A program made the translations under genes and the position numbers. Below are positions 42,597 through 55,206 of a stretch of 64,000 nt of DNA, piece after piece. Where the stretch lies: NCBI GenBank assembly GCA_012295275.1, contig CM022676.1:1612001-1676000 (forward strand), read 5' to 3'. This stretch comes from Chrysomallon squamiferum. Taxonomy: Eukaryota; Animalia; Mollusca. Under the pieces are notes generated by a model. It was not told the origin of the DNA. It worked only from the letters and a program-made list of their open reading frames with translations, and did not search any database. The first letter of the stretch is position 1. The number at the start of each line of letters is the position of its first letter.

Positions 42597-42755
42597 TAAA
42601 ATAAGCTTTGACTTTGCTGGATCAAGCATTCTGTTGGAATATAAATCTTCATAATTATATTTCAACAATGATATAAGAAAAATGAGGTAACACATACCTG
42701 CCCAGGTGAGGGAGGTGAGGACTATCAGACAGAGACATGGCTGGGTGATTCCCAT
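7972..42755 (-). CDS. ihog: Ihog/Boi/CDON/BOC-family Hedgehog co-receptor, 15 coding exons, ~1049 aa (SP-4xIg-basic linker-2xFN3-TM-cytoplasmic tail)
   Basis: Join (minus strand): 42755-42698, 30303-30028, 26993-26841, 15634-15479, 14509-14348, 14086-13985, 13558-13421, 12701-12570, 12184-11984, 11789-11577, 11086-10878, 10573-10069, 9665-9442, 9037-8539, 8093-7972. All introns are GT-AG and phases match, totalling 3150 nt. FN3-1 motifs [27 protein letters not shown] and YKFRIAAVYSNNDNK resemble Drosophila Ihog/Boi as I recall them; 4 Ig + 2 FN3 is the invertebrate Ihog architecture. Confidence 0.9.
8539..9037 (-). CDS. ihog: exon 14: low-complexity cytoplasmic region
   Basis: HHMMANG...KHKRRRKRP..DQATNTDLSSN; acceptor ttttgcag, donor gtcagt; 499 nt, phase 0-1. 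Confidence 0.82.
9442..9665 (-). CDS. ihog: exon 13: juxtamembrane cytoplasmic region
   Basis: AMSGVVHTTKFQD...MNINVNPLSEME..GKPYS; acceptor ttcacacag, donor gtaaga; phase 1-0. Confidence 0.83.
9668..9828. repeat. 33-bp minisatellite, ~5 copies, abutting the exon 13 acceptor
   Basis: Unit GTGTGAACAAAATAACACTTTAAATAAGATGTA. Confidence 0.95.
10069..10573 (-). CDS. ihog: exon 12: FN3-2, stalk, transmembrane helix
   Basis: YLPVDSSPIEGFYIYYKP..LIPDTEYSIRMQCFNSAGTSDYS; TM LYLALGIVLAFLFVVLIVFMIMCWW followed by basic RQRKQR; donor gtaagt. Confidence 0.93.
10878..11086 (-). CDS. ihog: exon 11: FN3-1 end and FN3-2 start
   Basis: GGTYKFRIAAVYSNNDNKVGHNS...AIGVKWR; donor gtaagt, phase 1-0; 209 nt. Confidence 0.92.
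11503..11570. repeat. (GA)n microsatellite next to the exon 10 donor
   Basis: Direct inspection. Confidence 0.95.
11577..11789 (-). CDS. ihog: exon 10: FN3-1, N-part
   Basis: [42 protein letters not shown]...LKP; 213 nt. Confidence 0.92.
11984..12184 (-). CDS. ihog: exon 9: acidic-then-polybasic linker between Ig4 and FN3-1
   Basis: DDVVTG...RKPKRKRKKNHNSRRKAKQRRRGKKKKKHRNSDRKRADEK; acceptor gttaacacag, donor gtatat; 201 nt, phase 1-1. Confidence 0.78.
12570..12701 (-). CDS. ihog: exon 8: Ig domain 4, C-half (alternative end at 12561)
   Basis: ADTFLLEKVAPSHQGIYQCVATNDAGVAHATISVEV; acceptor ttttgtttcag; two in-phase donors 9 nt apart. Confidence 0.88.
13421..13558 (-). CDS. ihog: exon 7: Ig domain 4, N-half
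   Basis: EPPAVH..GEGLQLHCSVQGRPEPHLVWFFNA; acceptor tttttcacag, donor gtaatt; 138 nt. Confidence 0.9.
13985..14086 (-). CDS. ihog: exon 6: Ig domain 3, C-half (absent from ORF track)
   Basis: GNLHIRNVQIEDAGTYLCLGTNTTVTKLVSLQVT; acceptor tttttaag, donor gtgagt; 102 nt. Confidence 0.9.
14348..14509 (-). CDS. ihog: exon 5: Ig domain 3, N-half
   Basis: DVTLECPTSSFPKPRVVWTKYGGQL; 162 nt, phase 1-1. Confidence 0.88.
15479..15634 (-). CDS. ihog: exon 4: Ig domain 2, C-half (absent from ORF track)
   Basis: Hand translation DTYHKLPSGNILIENVQPADSGRYQCVAVNPASGQKHTASHFIYLSVSDQSQ; acceptor ttttcag, donor gtttgt; 156 nt. Confidence 0.9.
16227..16505. repeat. 49-bp minisatellite, ~5.5 copies
   Basis: Unit TTTGTTGTAAACCTATTTAGAGATATCATTCTCAAGTGAATATATCATG, degenerating at the right end. 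Confidence 0.95.
20829..20902. repeat. compound (CA)n(GA)n(A)n microsatellite
   Basis: Direct inspection. Confidence 0.95.
26841..26993 (-). CDS. ihog: exon 3: Ig domain 2, N-half
   Basis: GGVVVLPCQPPSSYPPAKIVF; acceptor cttttccag, donor gtaagt; 153 nt. Confidence 0.9.
30028..30303 (-). CDS. ihog: exon 2: Ig domain 1
   Basis: PSFVKEPES..VTLHCQV..VRWLFN..GVYQCIA; acceptor ttcttacag, donor gtgagt; 276 nt, phase 1-1. Confidence 0.92.
35755..36008. mobile_element. non-autonomous MITE (Mutator- or hAT-like)
   Basis: Flanking direct repeat ATTCAGAC at 35747-54 and 36009-16 (9 bp with one mismatch). Imperfect ~60-bp TIRs GGG..GAAAAAA..AAATGGCACT..GCAGATT.GGAAAAA and TTTTTTCCTAATCTGCAGTGCCATTT..TTTTTTCTGTACCCC around an AT-rich core. 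Confidence 0.7.
41881..41944. repeat. (TC)n microsatellite
   Basis: Direct inspection. Confidence 0.95.
42698..42755 (-). CDS. ihog: ihog-like coding exon 1: signal peptide MGITQPCLCLIVLTSLTWA (exon incl. 5'UTR 42827-42698)
   Basis: ATG in GCCATGG Kozak context, hydrophobic 19-aa leader, donor G|GTATGT in phase 1, upstream acceptor ttttgttttgttacag. Confidence 0.8.
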
Positions 42756-43688
42756 GGCTGAGTAAGTTCACGACAGACACTGAACATTGCACATCATCCA
42801 CACTTGGTTATCAGCAGCTTGTCAACTCTGTAACAAAACAAAACAGTGTTTAAATAACAGTCTAAAACAGACACTTTAGTTTCAATGTCAGGTGTTTAAT
42901 ATAATAATAATAACAACAACAATAATAATAGTAATTATAATAATAATAAGGATAATAATGGTGATGATTATTATAACAATCATAATATGATGATGATACT
43001 ACTATTACTATTAATAAATCAGGGTAAGTTATAGGGTAAGCACAGTTTTTAAATATATAAATGAAACAGAAAAATTATAAATATTATCTATACATTAGCT
43101 TAAACATGTGCATACACAGATAACACATACACACCAACCAAAGTAATAATAACCAAACTATTTTAAATAACCAAATTAAAATCACTCTACAAACTGGAAA
43201 ATCGTTTACACCAAAATGATTTATCCACTTATAACAAGATTTTGTCCAAATATGGACAGATAGATAAATCTAAGCCAAAAATAACTAAATCTATGACAGA
43301 CAACTCCATACCATCTATTATATCACAAATCTTGTCAAAATTACTCTCGTTCATTGGAATTAATAGTGATGTCAGAATGATCAGAAAATGAACAAAAATT
43401 GCATTTTGACATTTAGTGGTTTGATCGAAGCAATAAAATGTAATACAAATTCAATATATTTAATAACCAATAAATACACTGTCTGCTGGAATTTCTTCTG
43501 TGAAGTATGAAAGAAAAACTTAATGAGAGTATAAAATGTTGTACGGTAAAAGATTGAATAAACATTAGATAATCTTATATATAAATAAATAATAATAATG
43601 AAATACCCCCCCAAAACACAATAAATATATGAAAATAGAATTCAAATAAATTTAAAACTGAAAATAAAAAAGCATAAAGAAAGAAAGA

Positions 43689-43719
<31 letters not shown>

Positions 43720-43748
43720 AATAAATAATAATAATTATAATAATAATA

Positions 43749-43780
<32 letters not shown>

Positions 43781-46700
43781 AAACAAACAGAAATAACAAT
43801 TAAACAAATGAAAGCAAGCAATAAAATACTTTCATACAGAAAAATAAATAAAATAAATATTCTTAATACTTTTCTACTCCAAATGAGAGATTTTTTGTTG
43901 ATATTTTTAACAATTTCTGTATGTGTTCAGTTTGTATTACGAATGAAAAACAAACTTGTATTTGACAGTGAGTAAAAAAGACCTGTATTAAATTTTGTGT
44001 AATCTCTGTATTACACTAGCAAGCTTTCTAGCAACGAAGTCTATTTATTTTTCCTCTCTCTGAAAAAGACATTATCTTCTCTTTCTATTTACAACAGATC
44101 CCAGCTAAAAATAACACAGCAGTTTACCACTGACACCAAATAAAAAACTAGCCAGCTCATTACTACAGTCATAAAATTATGTCTATTTCCCAATCTAACC
44201 AGTACAGTTTTTATGGTCGATCAAAGAAGATAGTAAGAACTTTATTGCTGAACTTAGAACTCTGGCTAATCATAAATTTATTTGTTAAGAATGACAGAGA
44301 GTTAGAGAGAAAGAGAAATGCCTGTCATTGCATATGTTATACCTATCACCTGGCAGCAAGACATCTTTTACATGTTACAGCAGTCATTATTAACCAGCTT
44401 ATTGGGAGTCACTGAGGAGTAGTGGTAACGGAATCTGCATTGTCAGTTAGACAGAAATATTTGTACAGTGTTTGTTAGATTATTATTGCTTTATTAAATC
44501 AATTATACAATAACCCACTCCAGAGATGTGACTAGCAGTCTCAAACAGAAATTTCAGTATCAAACAAATCTGACTGATATTTGGACATTGATGGGGTAAA
44601 TGATTATTTTATCAAAATATTACTGCAGATAGCCTGGAATGGAAATTTTATTTACAAGATCCAACAGAACTGAATTGACTTGAGAAGTGAATTGTTGTTA
44701 TGAGTAACAATTTCTTGTCAACAAATTGCAGTCTGGGTGGACTGGGAAACAGTCTGGAGGTTTCACTGAGGAGCAGAGTTTTGTGACCTGCTGTAGAAAT
44801 AAACTGACTTCAGTAATGTGGTTTTGAACATGTCAGGATTTCTTTTTATATCAAAGTTAAAACTAATGACTGGTTGTGATTACAATCAGGACATCTATAC
44901 ATATCTCTCTCACACACACACACACAGAATCTGAAATTTACAAAAATATAATTATTTATAGTTAACATAATAAAAAGGATAATTTTTACTTAATGAATTA
45001 ATAATATTTATATATATATAAAAGTTTCAGATATGTGAAATATAAACCAAGAAAATAAGAAAAAACTTAGAAAGAAATGTAGCTAAATATTAAATTAATA
45101 ATCTTTATATTTACATTTTAGATAATTTTTAATTTCCAACTGAATTATAAATTAGGATTATTCATATTCACTTAAAGTTTTTTGTTATCAGTTTGAAATA
45201 AAGAATAAATCCGTAATATTTATAAACATGGATTTAGGTCTTAGATATGTGCTTACTGAATGAGAACTAAAAAAAAAAAAAAATTAAAATATATATTTAT
45301 ACTGAACATAAAAATAAAAATAAAATACTTATCTCAAAACTGGCAGCAAAATTATCAAATAAATAATAAATCAGAAATTGTTATTTTTAAATATATTTTT
45401 TTAAGTTATATAATTTTCTTAAAGTTAATGATAATTTCACATACACTTCATTTCTAAAAAATTAAAACTCTTTATATCATTATATAGTTCTACATTAATA
45501 TATCAAAATTTGGAAGTAAATAAATAAAAAAACTGTATCTTAATGAACAGCTGATAATTATTTAAAATAATTTATAGGAGAAAAGTGTCAAATTAATGAT
45601 TATTAATTAGAAAAATTATTGTTATTATATACAGGCTTCACTATGAAAAATACACTGAGAAAAAAGAAATATGAATTATGGTTCATACACTGGGAAAAGG
45701 AAGATTTCTCTGTTAACAAAGTGGAAAAAATAGATTTGTGTGTTACTCAGAGGTTAAAATAAAGTTATATCCTTTAAATTATAGAAAGCTTTATGAACAG
45801 ATGATTATAATGTTAGTATGTTAGCAGTTATTTTTTTCAGTTAGATTTCAAAAGATAAAGAATATTAAAAAATACTGTTTAAGCAATATTTCTAAATCTT
45901 ATGGAAGAAATATATTCCTAAGTTTAAGTTTACGAGATATTTCTAATTTTCAAACTATTTGTTTAAAACAAGGCATTTTTCTATGTTTAAAATCAAGAAT
46001 GTTTAAGTATGGCATATTTCTATTAATTTTTAAAAAATCATGTCTAAAATAAAATATACTTCTTAGTTTACAATCAGGATGTTTAAAGGAAGGCTGATTT
46101 CTTAGAGGTTAAAAAAAAAAAATGTGCTGATTTAAGAATTGAAACTTAAGCCCTGCTGCTCTGATAAGACAAGTTACTAATGAGCTAATGATACTGACAG
46201 CCTGACTACACCCTCACTGCTCACGCGAAGCAGCCTCATTAGCTTCTTTTTCAATAATTTCACATCATCCGCTGTTTGTCCCAATTTAGAAACATTCCAC
46301 AACAAACTGTAGAAGAAACAATTTCTTTTTCTACGTTTTCATTCACACAATGGATTTGTACATTTGTGATATGTGTGAGTGAGAATGGCTGTGATATTGT
46401 ATGTGCATGAGGGTAGGATTGAGTGTGTGTATGTCTGTGTGTGTGTTTTTCTGAGAGCACTTACTTCTTTATGTTGATATAAATATGTTAAACATTTATC
46501 TGGCTCACAAAAAATAAACTTTTGAACACAAAAACAATATAACCACACAAAGTAACACAAAAAACTGACAATAGGAATAAATAGAAAAAGTCTTTAAAAA
46601 GTGAAAAATTTTGAGAGGATCCAACAGTGCAAGAATGTCAGTTATTCTTGTACCAACCAACAACTGGATTTGTCACACTGTACCCACCAGAACCTTTATC

Positions 46701-48213
46701 ATACTGTCCAGCAATGACTTACAGTTTTCCGTATGCTATTGGTCAACATTATACAAGAGAGAAAACACATTTCATTATGTCATTGTCATATCCCAAATCT
46801 GAGCTTTTCTATTACAAAGTGTATTAATGTCTTTGGTACCAAGAACTTACCATTTACGATCCAGAAAACACAGCTTTATCCTGAACAGAACATGTGTGAA
46901 GAAAGTGATTAAAATTCGACTTGTTTCCATGGTCACATGTGTTATGATTTCTCTCAAACATTGGGATAATGGTTTCACCTCACAAACAATGACTGGCCCT
47001 GTACTAGACAGCCTTCTGCCATTATACCTGCTAAATTCAAACACATGTACACCATCTTTGTTCAACTTCAATTTACAATACTTTCTTACCAACCACAACT
47101 TTCTTGTATTTTAATATAAAGACATTTAAAATTTTAGCCTTTCATTTTGCAACTGACATTTACTACAGTTAAAATAAACTTAATAAGAAATATAAATATA
47201 TATCATCTTCTTTTAAATATTCTTTGTTTTCTTTTTTAAAAAATGGTATAGCTGCAGATTTGAAATTAATTAACATATTTTTTAAACTATTACATTACTT
47301 AATAGCATTTAATTGTTTTTTTGAAAAACCAAATAAACCAAACAATGCCAAATTATAACCTGTGAAATTTTGATTAAATTAGAAATGTCTTCCAGTACAT
47401 AGGTGTGCAATACATATGAATACAAATATATGATCAAATTACTGAAACTGTTAAAATCTAAAACATATTATGTACTGCGATGTATTGGCAATAAAATAAT
47501 AAATTAATTACTATTTCTACATTCATAAACAATTGTAAAAATTCTTGTAAGTCATTTCTGTAACCTAAAAACTACATTACATAGCATAAATGATACAATA
47601 CTAAACAAAATATAGAAACATAACAATTATTAAATATTTTCAAAAGTTAACATTACTAGACATACCATATTTTTACTAACATTTACTGATAACAAAACAC
47701 TGTATTAAGAAACTATATTCAACTAATAGAATTTTGATGTGGACAGATCAAGGTTTTAGTTATAAATCTATAATTTGTGTTCATAAATACAGAACTGAAC
47801 TCAGTGTACAAGTCAAGGAAATGTTTTAACAGGCATGACAATGAAATGATGGTGACTGTTATTAAAATATTTGCACACACTGACTGCTTTTATTCTCTGT
47901 AGTTAATATGACATCTCCTTCTTTCCACTCCATAAATCTTTGATTAGGGTTTGAAAACACAAAGAAGAACAGACCAAATGTGTTTAATACAAACAAGCAA
48001 TGGCCAACCAGCCCCACGTACAGGTTTATCATAACATTATTCAATTATAATGTTTTTAGATCCCCACAACTGCATGTCATGTTTGAAAAGTGTCTGGTGC
48101 CTGACGATGTTTATGTTAGTCATCAAACAACAGTCTGCGATTCTTGCCATTCTGAATATATTAAATAAACTATTTGAGCTCTGCAGATTTTAAAACACAC
48201 ACACACACACATA

Positions 48214-48894
48214 CAGTGGTACCTTCACTTATAAGTTTAATTCGTCCTGTGACCAAACTTGAATTTCAATTTGCTCATATATTAAATCAATTTTCCCAAC
48301 TGAAATTAACTGAAATACATTAATCCGTTCCAGCCCCCCAAAAAACCACCCCATTTTGTTTTTTGTAACATGTTTTTAAATAAGAAAAATATATTTATAA
48401 ATGACAAATACTGTATAAAAACAAAATAAAAGAGAAGGTAAAGAAATAAAACTGGTTTTGTAAAGTGTATTTATCTTAGAGATCCAACAAATTATTTTAA
48501 TGCCTTTGGCTGGAGTTACAGCCTTTATAGACTCCTTCAGCTTTAGCATGGTACATATCATAGAAGTACTATGAATTCAAGCTTTAATTCAATAGACATC
48601 ATTCGCTTTATTTTCTCAGCACTGTCCTTTGCACTCAGTTTCTTAGAATCCATGGCCAGAAAAAAGAAATTTGGCAAAATACTGCACTAAACAAGAGCAC
48701 AACACAACAGAGATGATTCCTTTGTGAGGTAACCGTGTGAAGTAAATGAGTGAGAAGCAGGATGATGGCCAGATGTCATGTTGTTTGTTGCACCAACTAG
48801 TGGAGGCATATCTGAAGCTCGGCACCATATCTGAACTCGCTCATAACTCGAAAAACTTGTATAAGTTGAGGCATTCTAAGTTGAGGTACCACTG
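48214..48894 (-). mobile_element. Tigger/pogo-like (Tc1/mariner superfamily) internally deleted DNA transposon
   Basis: TA TSDs at 48212-13 and 48895-96; TIRs CAGTGGTACCT(T)CACTTA and TAAGTTGAGGTACCACTG; minus-strand transposase N-terminal remnant from 48653: MDSKKLSAKDSAEKIKRMMSIELKLEFI, then frameshifted STSMICTMLKLKESIKAVTPAKGIKII (CENP-B/psq HTH-like). Confidence 0.85.
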
Positions 48895-48964
48895 TATGTA
48901 TGTATATGTATGCATATATACATATATACATACACATACATACAACTTATTTTTATTATAATTA

Positions 48965-49006
<42 letters not shown>

Positions 49007-50682
49007 CTGTTATATAATAAAATTATTATTAATATGTCTGTAAGTAAATATTATGTTTCACTGTAACTTTGAACTTTTGAACCATGAATGTTAGTCATTT
49101 TAAAAACTTCCATTCACATAATATAACATTATATTAACATTATTATACTTATTTATAAATAAATTTTAAAACATGTATTTTATTAATTTTAGATTATCTC
49201 TTCACAGTAATTGGTTTGGCCTCTCACAAAGGCCAGGACAGAAAATCACTAGTCACCAGTGAATATAAAAGAAGTAAACAAACTCAGCAGGGATCTGACA
49301 ATCTTATTTCTGCTCTCTTCTTTCACAACCTGTCAGATTATACACAACTACAGGCAGAAAGGGGCATGGTTTTCATTCATATCCAGAAGAAAGGTTTTAA
49401 TTTTTTTTAAACCATTTTATTTCCAACAGATACAGTAGTAGAAAGGATTTTGTTCAACAGTTAGATTATCTGCTTATACTTTTTTATTTTATTATTATTA
49501 TTATTTTGAAGAATAAAATAAAGGGTTTTTATTTACTAGCTGTTGAAATTATTTCTGTAGCAAGTTCTAAGAGATAACCAGAGTAGTAGTCATTTTGATT
49601 TATATAAATTAGTGGTAAGAATTAAGGTGAATTTTCAGTTCATCAATAAAATAAAAGTTTGAATCACAGAAGAGGTTTCACTCTCCAGCAGATAAAGGAT
49701 TACACATCACCAGTAGACAAAAGATTGTAAATCATAGTTCACCACTGTATCACCTTCAGTAAACTCTGGAACTGAGAACAGAAATAGTGAAATATTTATT
49801 TAATACTGTTATTTATCATAAAGAAAACAGTGAAGAAGCTGAAAAGTTAAACTAGACATACATTAACTATTATATTGTTATTTATAACCAGTTTAGAAAA
49901 TAAATTAAATTTCGAACTTTCTATCTGATGTCTGAACTCAGTAGCATCTTGACACATCAGCTGTCAAATCAATCCTAAGATTTAATCAAAAATGTAATTA
50001 TTATGTAATATTTTGAAATAAAATATCTGTTAATCACATACATCTGTATTATTAAATTAAATGCTAACTTTTAGCTACTGCTGTTGTTTGGTACAATACT
50101 GAAGTTAAATATTTTCTCTGGTTCTGTATCATACTAGAACACTGTTCTTTAGTTTTTTTTGTTTTCTATGCTTTAGCAAAACATCCATTGTCCAAACATT
50201 AATTTTAATTTTATCAGAATGCTTTTAGGAAAACCAATATATCATCTGGACAGAGCTGAAGAACACATGAAAAAAATGAAAAAATAAGGAAAGCTATTCC
50301 TTGACTAACTTTTATGCTTCAATAACGGGACATGGACAGAGAATGACTGACACCTGTCTCAACCAATCAGATGTCAGAACTTTCATCTTGATGCTTGCGC
50401 AGTGATAAAATACTGGGTCAGCTATGTGGTGTTTTTCAACTTTGTAATAACAGACAGTAAAACTGATTTGCTACAGAAATGTATCTGTACTGGAAAAGAT
50501 GAATCCCTTATGACAAAAATCCAGTACCAGGTTTTATAGATGTGAAGTCTGTCATTAGCCATTACAAGTGTTTGTGAAAATAATTATCAGTGCTGGAAGA
50601 TATTATCATTCTTTACCATTTTATTATAGTCAAAATAAAGATAGACAATTTTATTGAATTGTGGTCCATTTTCCATTCTATC

Positions 50683-50718
<36 letters not shown>

Positions 50719-53700
50719 GACAGGGAGAGAAGGAGAAAAAAGAAAGGGAGAAAGAAAAGTAATGTTCTTTATCAAAATCAAAAAGAACAAAAACAACATT
50801 TTGCTACCTAGTTTTTAAGTAAGCACAGTATGAAAATACAGCACTGCTATCATCTACACAACATTACTGAGCACATCTCTCAGCCTGTGTATATTAATTA
50901 AGCAAACAGCCCCGTTTCTGAACAGATGGCTCTGCAGTCACTGTGTTTAGAAGTAAAACAATTTACAAAGATTAAAGACTACAGAGCACATGTCAAGTGC
51001 TCATCCACTTGCTGCATTCGATACTCTTGATAACACAGTGTACACACACTTCTTCACAACAAAATACACACTTCTTCAGAATATATAAAAATATATATTT
51101 CAAGAAAAATATACACTTCATCAACTAAAATCAAGACAAAATACACACTTCTTCAACAGTTTACACTTCATCAAGAAAAATCAATAAAAATGACACACTT
51201 CATCGACACAGAATATACATTTCAATCAAGCAAAATATACCTTTCAAGACAGAATCATTATCATCATTATCATGACAAACTTATCAGTGTAATGATAGTA
51301 TTATAAACCTTATTTACTATCTAACACTTTAAAGTTAATCTGAATAATAATAATAGTAACAGTAATAATAATAATAATAACAATAATGATAAACAACAAC
51401 AAGAACAACAACAACAATAATAAGAAGAATGTTTTCAAGTAAGAAACATTAAGTGAAACTTTATTCTGCTGAATCTAATAACTACAACTGAATTGTTTTA
51501 TATTGAAAACTGGTGAATGATAATTAGACTCATCTATCATACATGTCAGTTTTATTTTTCATTTTTGGCTCAAGTCCAGTTTTTGCAAAATAATAACTGA
51601 TCTGCTTTTTAAGATTTTGCACCTTATCATCAGAAATCTGAAATTTCATTACTTTAAAAAAATAAAAACTTTCTTTTATTTCATCTTTCTCTCTCTCGCT
51701 GATTCTTCCTCCCATTTCCCCTACACCTTCCCTTCCTTTTTGTTGTTACTATTAATTCTATTCCTATTTCCTTTCTCTCCGTTTCTCCCCCAACCCTCAC
51801 TCTAACCCCTACTTCCCTCTACCTTCTTCCGTTCTCTCTCTTTTTTTGTTTATTTCAATTGCATTAGTTACTAAACTTTCACATTCTATGTATTTTCATA
51901 AATTTCAGACTACACATACATACATCAATATTTAAAAAAAGGTAAAAAATCATAAAATCAACACACATATATGAGCCAGATGCTAATAAAGACAAATATC
52001 ATACAACTTATGTATAATTTAAACAGCTAATTTTTAAAACATTTCCATTATTTACTCAGCTCAACATGTTGAATTTTACTCAAGAAATGTGGTTAACACA
52101 AACATTTCCAGTGACATCTATTTTCATACTGCATGTTCAGTTATAAGTGCCAATTGCACCAAACCACATCCCATTAAAGCACAACACAGATGGATTTTCC
52201 TTCCTCCATTCATTAAGTTTTCTACAGCCAAGTCAGAATATTTCTCAAAACTGTTTTCAAAACTGAAAATGGCCAGACACAACCATAAACAATTCATCAT
52301 TTTAGTAACTTGTAGCTGATAATATCCAACTGGCAAATAGAAACTGTTTCTTTATAAAAAAAAATTATTGTCAGATTTGAAAACAGCAAACTAAAAAAGG
52401 TTCGTCATATATGCATATCTTGAAAGATTTGAAAAAACAAACATAAGCCAAAACGTATGAAATATTCTTAGTAAAATTAGCAGAAAAATGATGAGCTGTT
52501 ACAAATGAAAATAATGGTGAATAATATTAATAATTTTATACAAGATGATCTGAGAACTGATGATAAACCGATATCAAAACAGTCAACTACATTAATAAAA
52601 ATAAAAATGTGAAATTTAATTAGAAGAACCAAACTGAAGATTATTAACATTAGCTGAAATGGTCATTTGTTGTTTATCATAATTTCAGCAGAAAGAAATG
52701 AAAATAATTTAAACATAAAATTATCAAATATATTATTTTTCATCATTTTAGAAGGACATTCCTGACAAAAATTAAAACCTGAACCAAAAAAGGACATGAA
52801 ATGAACTAATTTAGCATATTCAAAATAACTGCAACCTTCAACCAAAAATGGTCTGACATGTCTAACAGAGTTTCCAGCATCATTTTCAACCAATACAAAT
52901 GAAGCAGTTGGCCTTCTTCAAAAATCTCATTTGCTTGTAGGAGAACGATTTGAAAAACATCTGTGCTACGTTTTGTGAAGCAGGCAAATAGAATATAATG
53001 AGGCCAGAGAGAAAATAACTGGAAAATGATTTACATAGTTAGCCAATCACATTTCCGTTAATGTTTTCAATATTCTGCTGTAATTATGATAAGAAAGACA
53101 TGTAAATAGTTTACAGTCTATGCAAGCTCCTTGAAACAGGTTTATAATTTTTTTTCCCAAAATGAAAAGATGGAGAAAAAGAAATGTAAAGATTTCTTTT
53201 CTTTCTTTAAAAAAAGACAAAAAGAAAGAATGGAAAGGAAAATGTTATGATAGTCAACAAAAGAGAAAGCATTTATTTATATACATGACAAATAAAAAGT
53301 AACAGAAAATGTACAAAGATTTCAGTAACCTTAACAGGGCCCTCACACTAACAGAGAAACATTTTGAAGACACTTGCATTCTGTTGTATTCAGAATTTTG
53401 TCATCCTATGCTAGACAAACACACATGACTTAAGTACAATATCCACCTGCAATAGAAGCCAATAGAATAACGACCTCAAACAGGTAAACTGTAATTCGCA
53501 GACTGATGCTAGCTGCATGCCCAGAGCGGAGTACAAACTGACACACAATGGCAGACGACAGTAAGTACACACTGAGAGAATCCTCAACTAACTCACAAAT
53601 AATTATCTTCAAACACACACATATTTTACTGCCAAAAGAAACCTCAACTGTGAAAGACTTCAAAAAAAAAAAAAGTGATTCTGTCAGGACAACTATTCAA

Positions 53701-55203
53701 AATTCAGAGATATTCATATAAGATGATATCTTTATTCAAAATTCAGTAAAGATATGTTCTCTACTCAAAATTCAGTGATACTGAATAAATATATCACTAT
53801 TCAAAATTCTTTCAAATGCTATCAAAATATAACAAACCTGTCTAAGCTGATTTCATCAAAGTTCAGCATTTGTTATCATCTCTATCTCTTAGTTATACTC
53901 TGCTCAAAATTAAATATTGACTTGAGATGTATTATCCTTATAAACTGAAGATTTTGGTAATATGTTTCTCAAAAATCAGTGATATTCAGTAAAATTAAAA
54001 AATTAAATAAAAATAAAATAAATAAATAAATAAAAAATAAAAATAAATAAAAAAAAGATAAAAATAAATAAAAGAAAAAGAAAAATGGTTACTAAAAGAA
54101 AATGAGTGGAGAAAAATATGATTAAGTATAATTCTGTTATGACTAACAGTTTGATATCCACAATAATTACCATGTTTGAGTGACACTATCTAACCTGTAA
54201 TGTCAAAAAATAAATAAATGTACTCATTAACATAATAATCTTCTAATAAATCTTTCTGAAAGAAGTTATAGAAAATATTTTAAAAAATAATAATAAGTGA
54301 GGAAAAAAAAAAAAATATATATATATATATTGGCATATATCGACAACCCACCCCCACAACTCTAAAAAAAAAAAATCACACAAAAACACAATTAAGTACA
54401 GAATTTTTAAAAACATTTCTCAAAAATGTGAACAAACATTGACTTCATAAATGAAGGGCAGCCCAATTACCATAAAGAAGAGATAAGAGTGAAAGTTGGT
54501 CTCAGGTTTCCTGTGTGTGGGTAATTATTAAACACAAGGTGTATATTTATGAGGCCAAACAGTGACCTCACTTTTACTTCTAAACCATTTATAAATTTTA
54601 ATGGCAGGTTTGCATGACAAAGCATCACATACCGGAATGTTTCGCTTGATGTAAATGAGCAGAAAGAGACTGATATCACAGGAAAAACAGATTAAAATAG
54701 TTTTATGTTAGACATATGATAATCTGAAATTCAGACAAAGAAAATTTATAAATATGCAATATCACAAAAGAAAATAGATAGAAAAGAAAGAAAATAAATA
54801 AATAAAAGATTGAAAGAAAATCAAAATTAAATAGGAAAAAAGTAAATAAGAAAAATCTTTTCAGTATGAAATATTAACATTTAATTCTACAAACAAAATG
54901 GAGGCAAAAGAAAAACTAACAACTGCAAGGAACTATTTAATGAAGTATTTTTATATCACACAATGGAGCTAATCCCTGTATAATTGATTTCTTTTTACAG
55001 TTCTGTGTGAACAAAGTCGTCTTTGACGGAGAATTCTGTTAGTGAGCTTGTCTCTATTATATTGTATTTGCAGAACATGACAAGCCAGTCAGTTTTCTCT
55101 CTTATCACATTGTAAGTCAATGTTTGAAGAAGAAGCAGTCATTTACACAATCTTCATTTTACATAACATATAGAATGTGTATGTAGGTAGTATATACATG
55201 GGT

Positions 55204-55206
55204 TGT

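Noticed and set aside
15635-42697. Extra Ig exon (CDON-like fifth Ig) or Dscam-like mutually exclusive exon arrays in the large introns
   Set aside because: No additional C..W..YxC Ig-like frames were seen, and the existing exons already join in phase into four complete Ig domains.
52340-53080. Possible non-autonomous DNA transposon
   Set aside because: Composition is suggestive, but I could not locate TIRs, a TSD or coding remnants.
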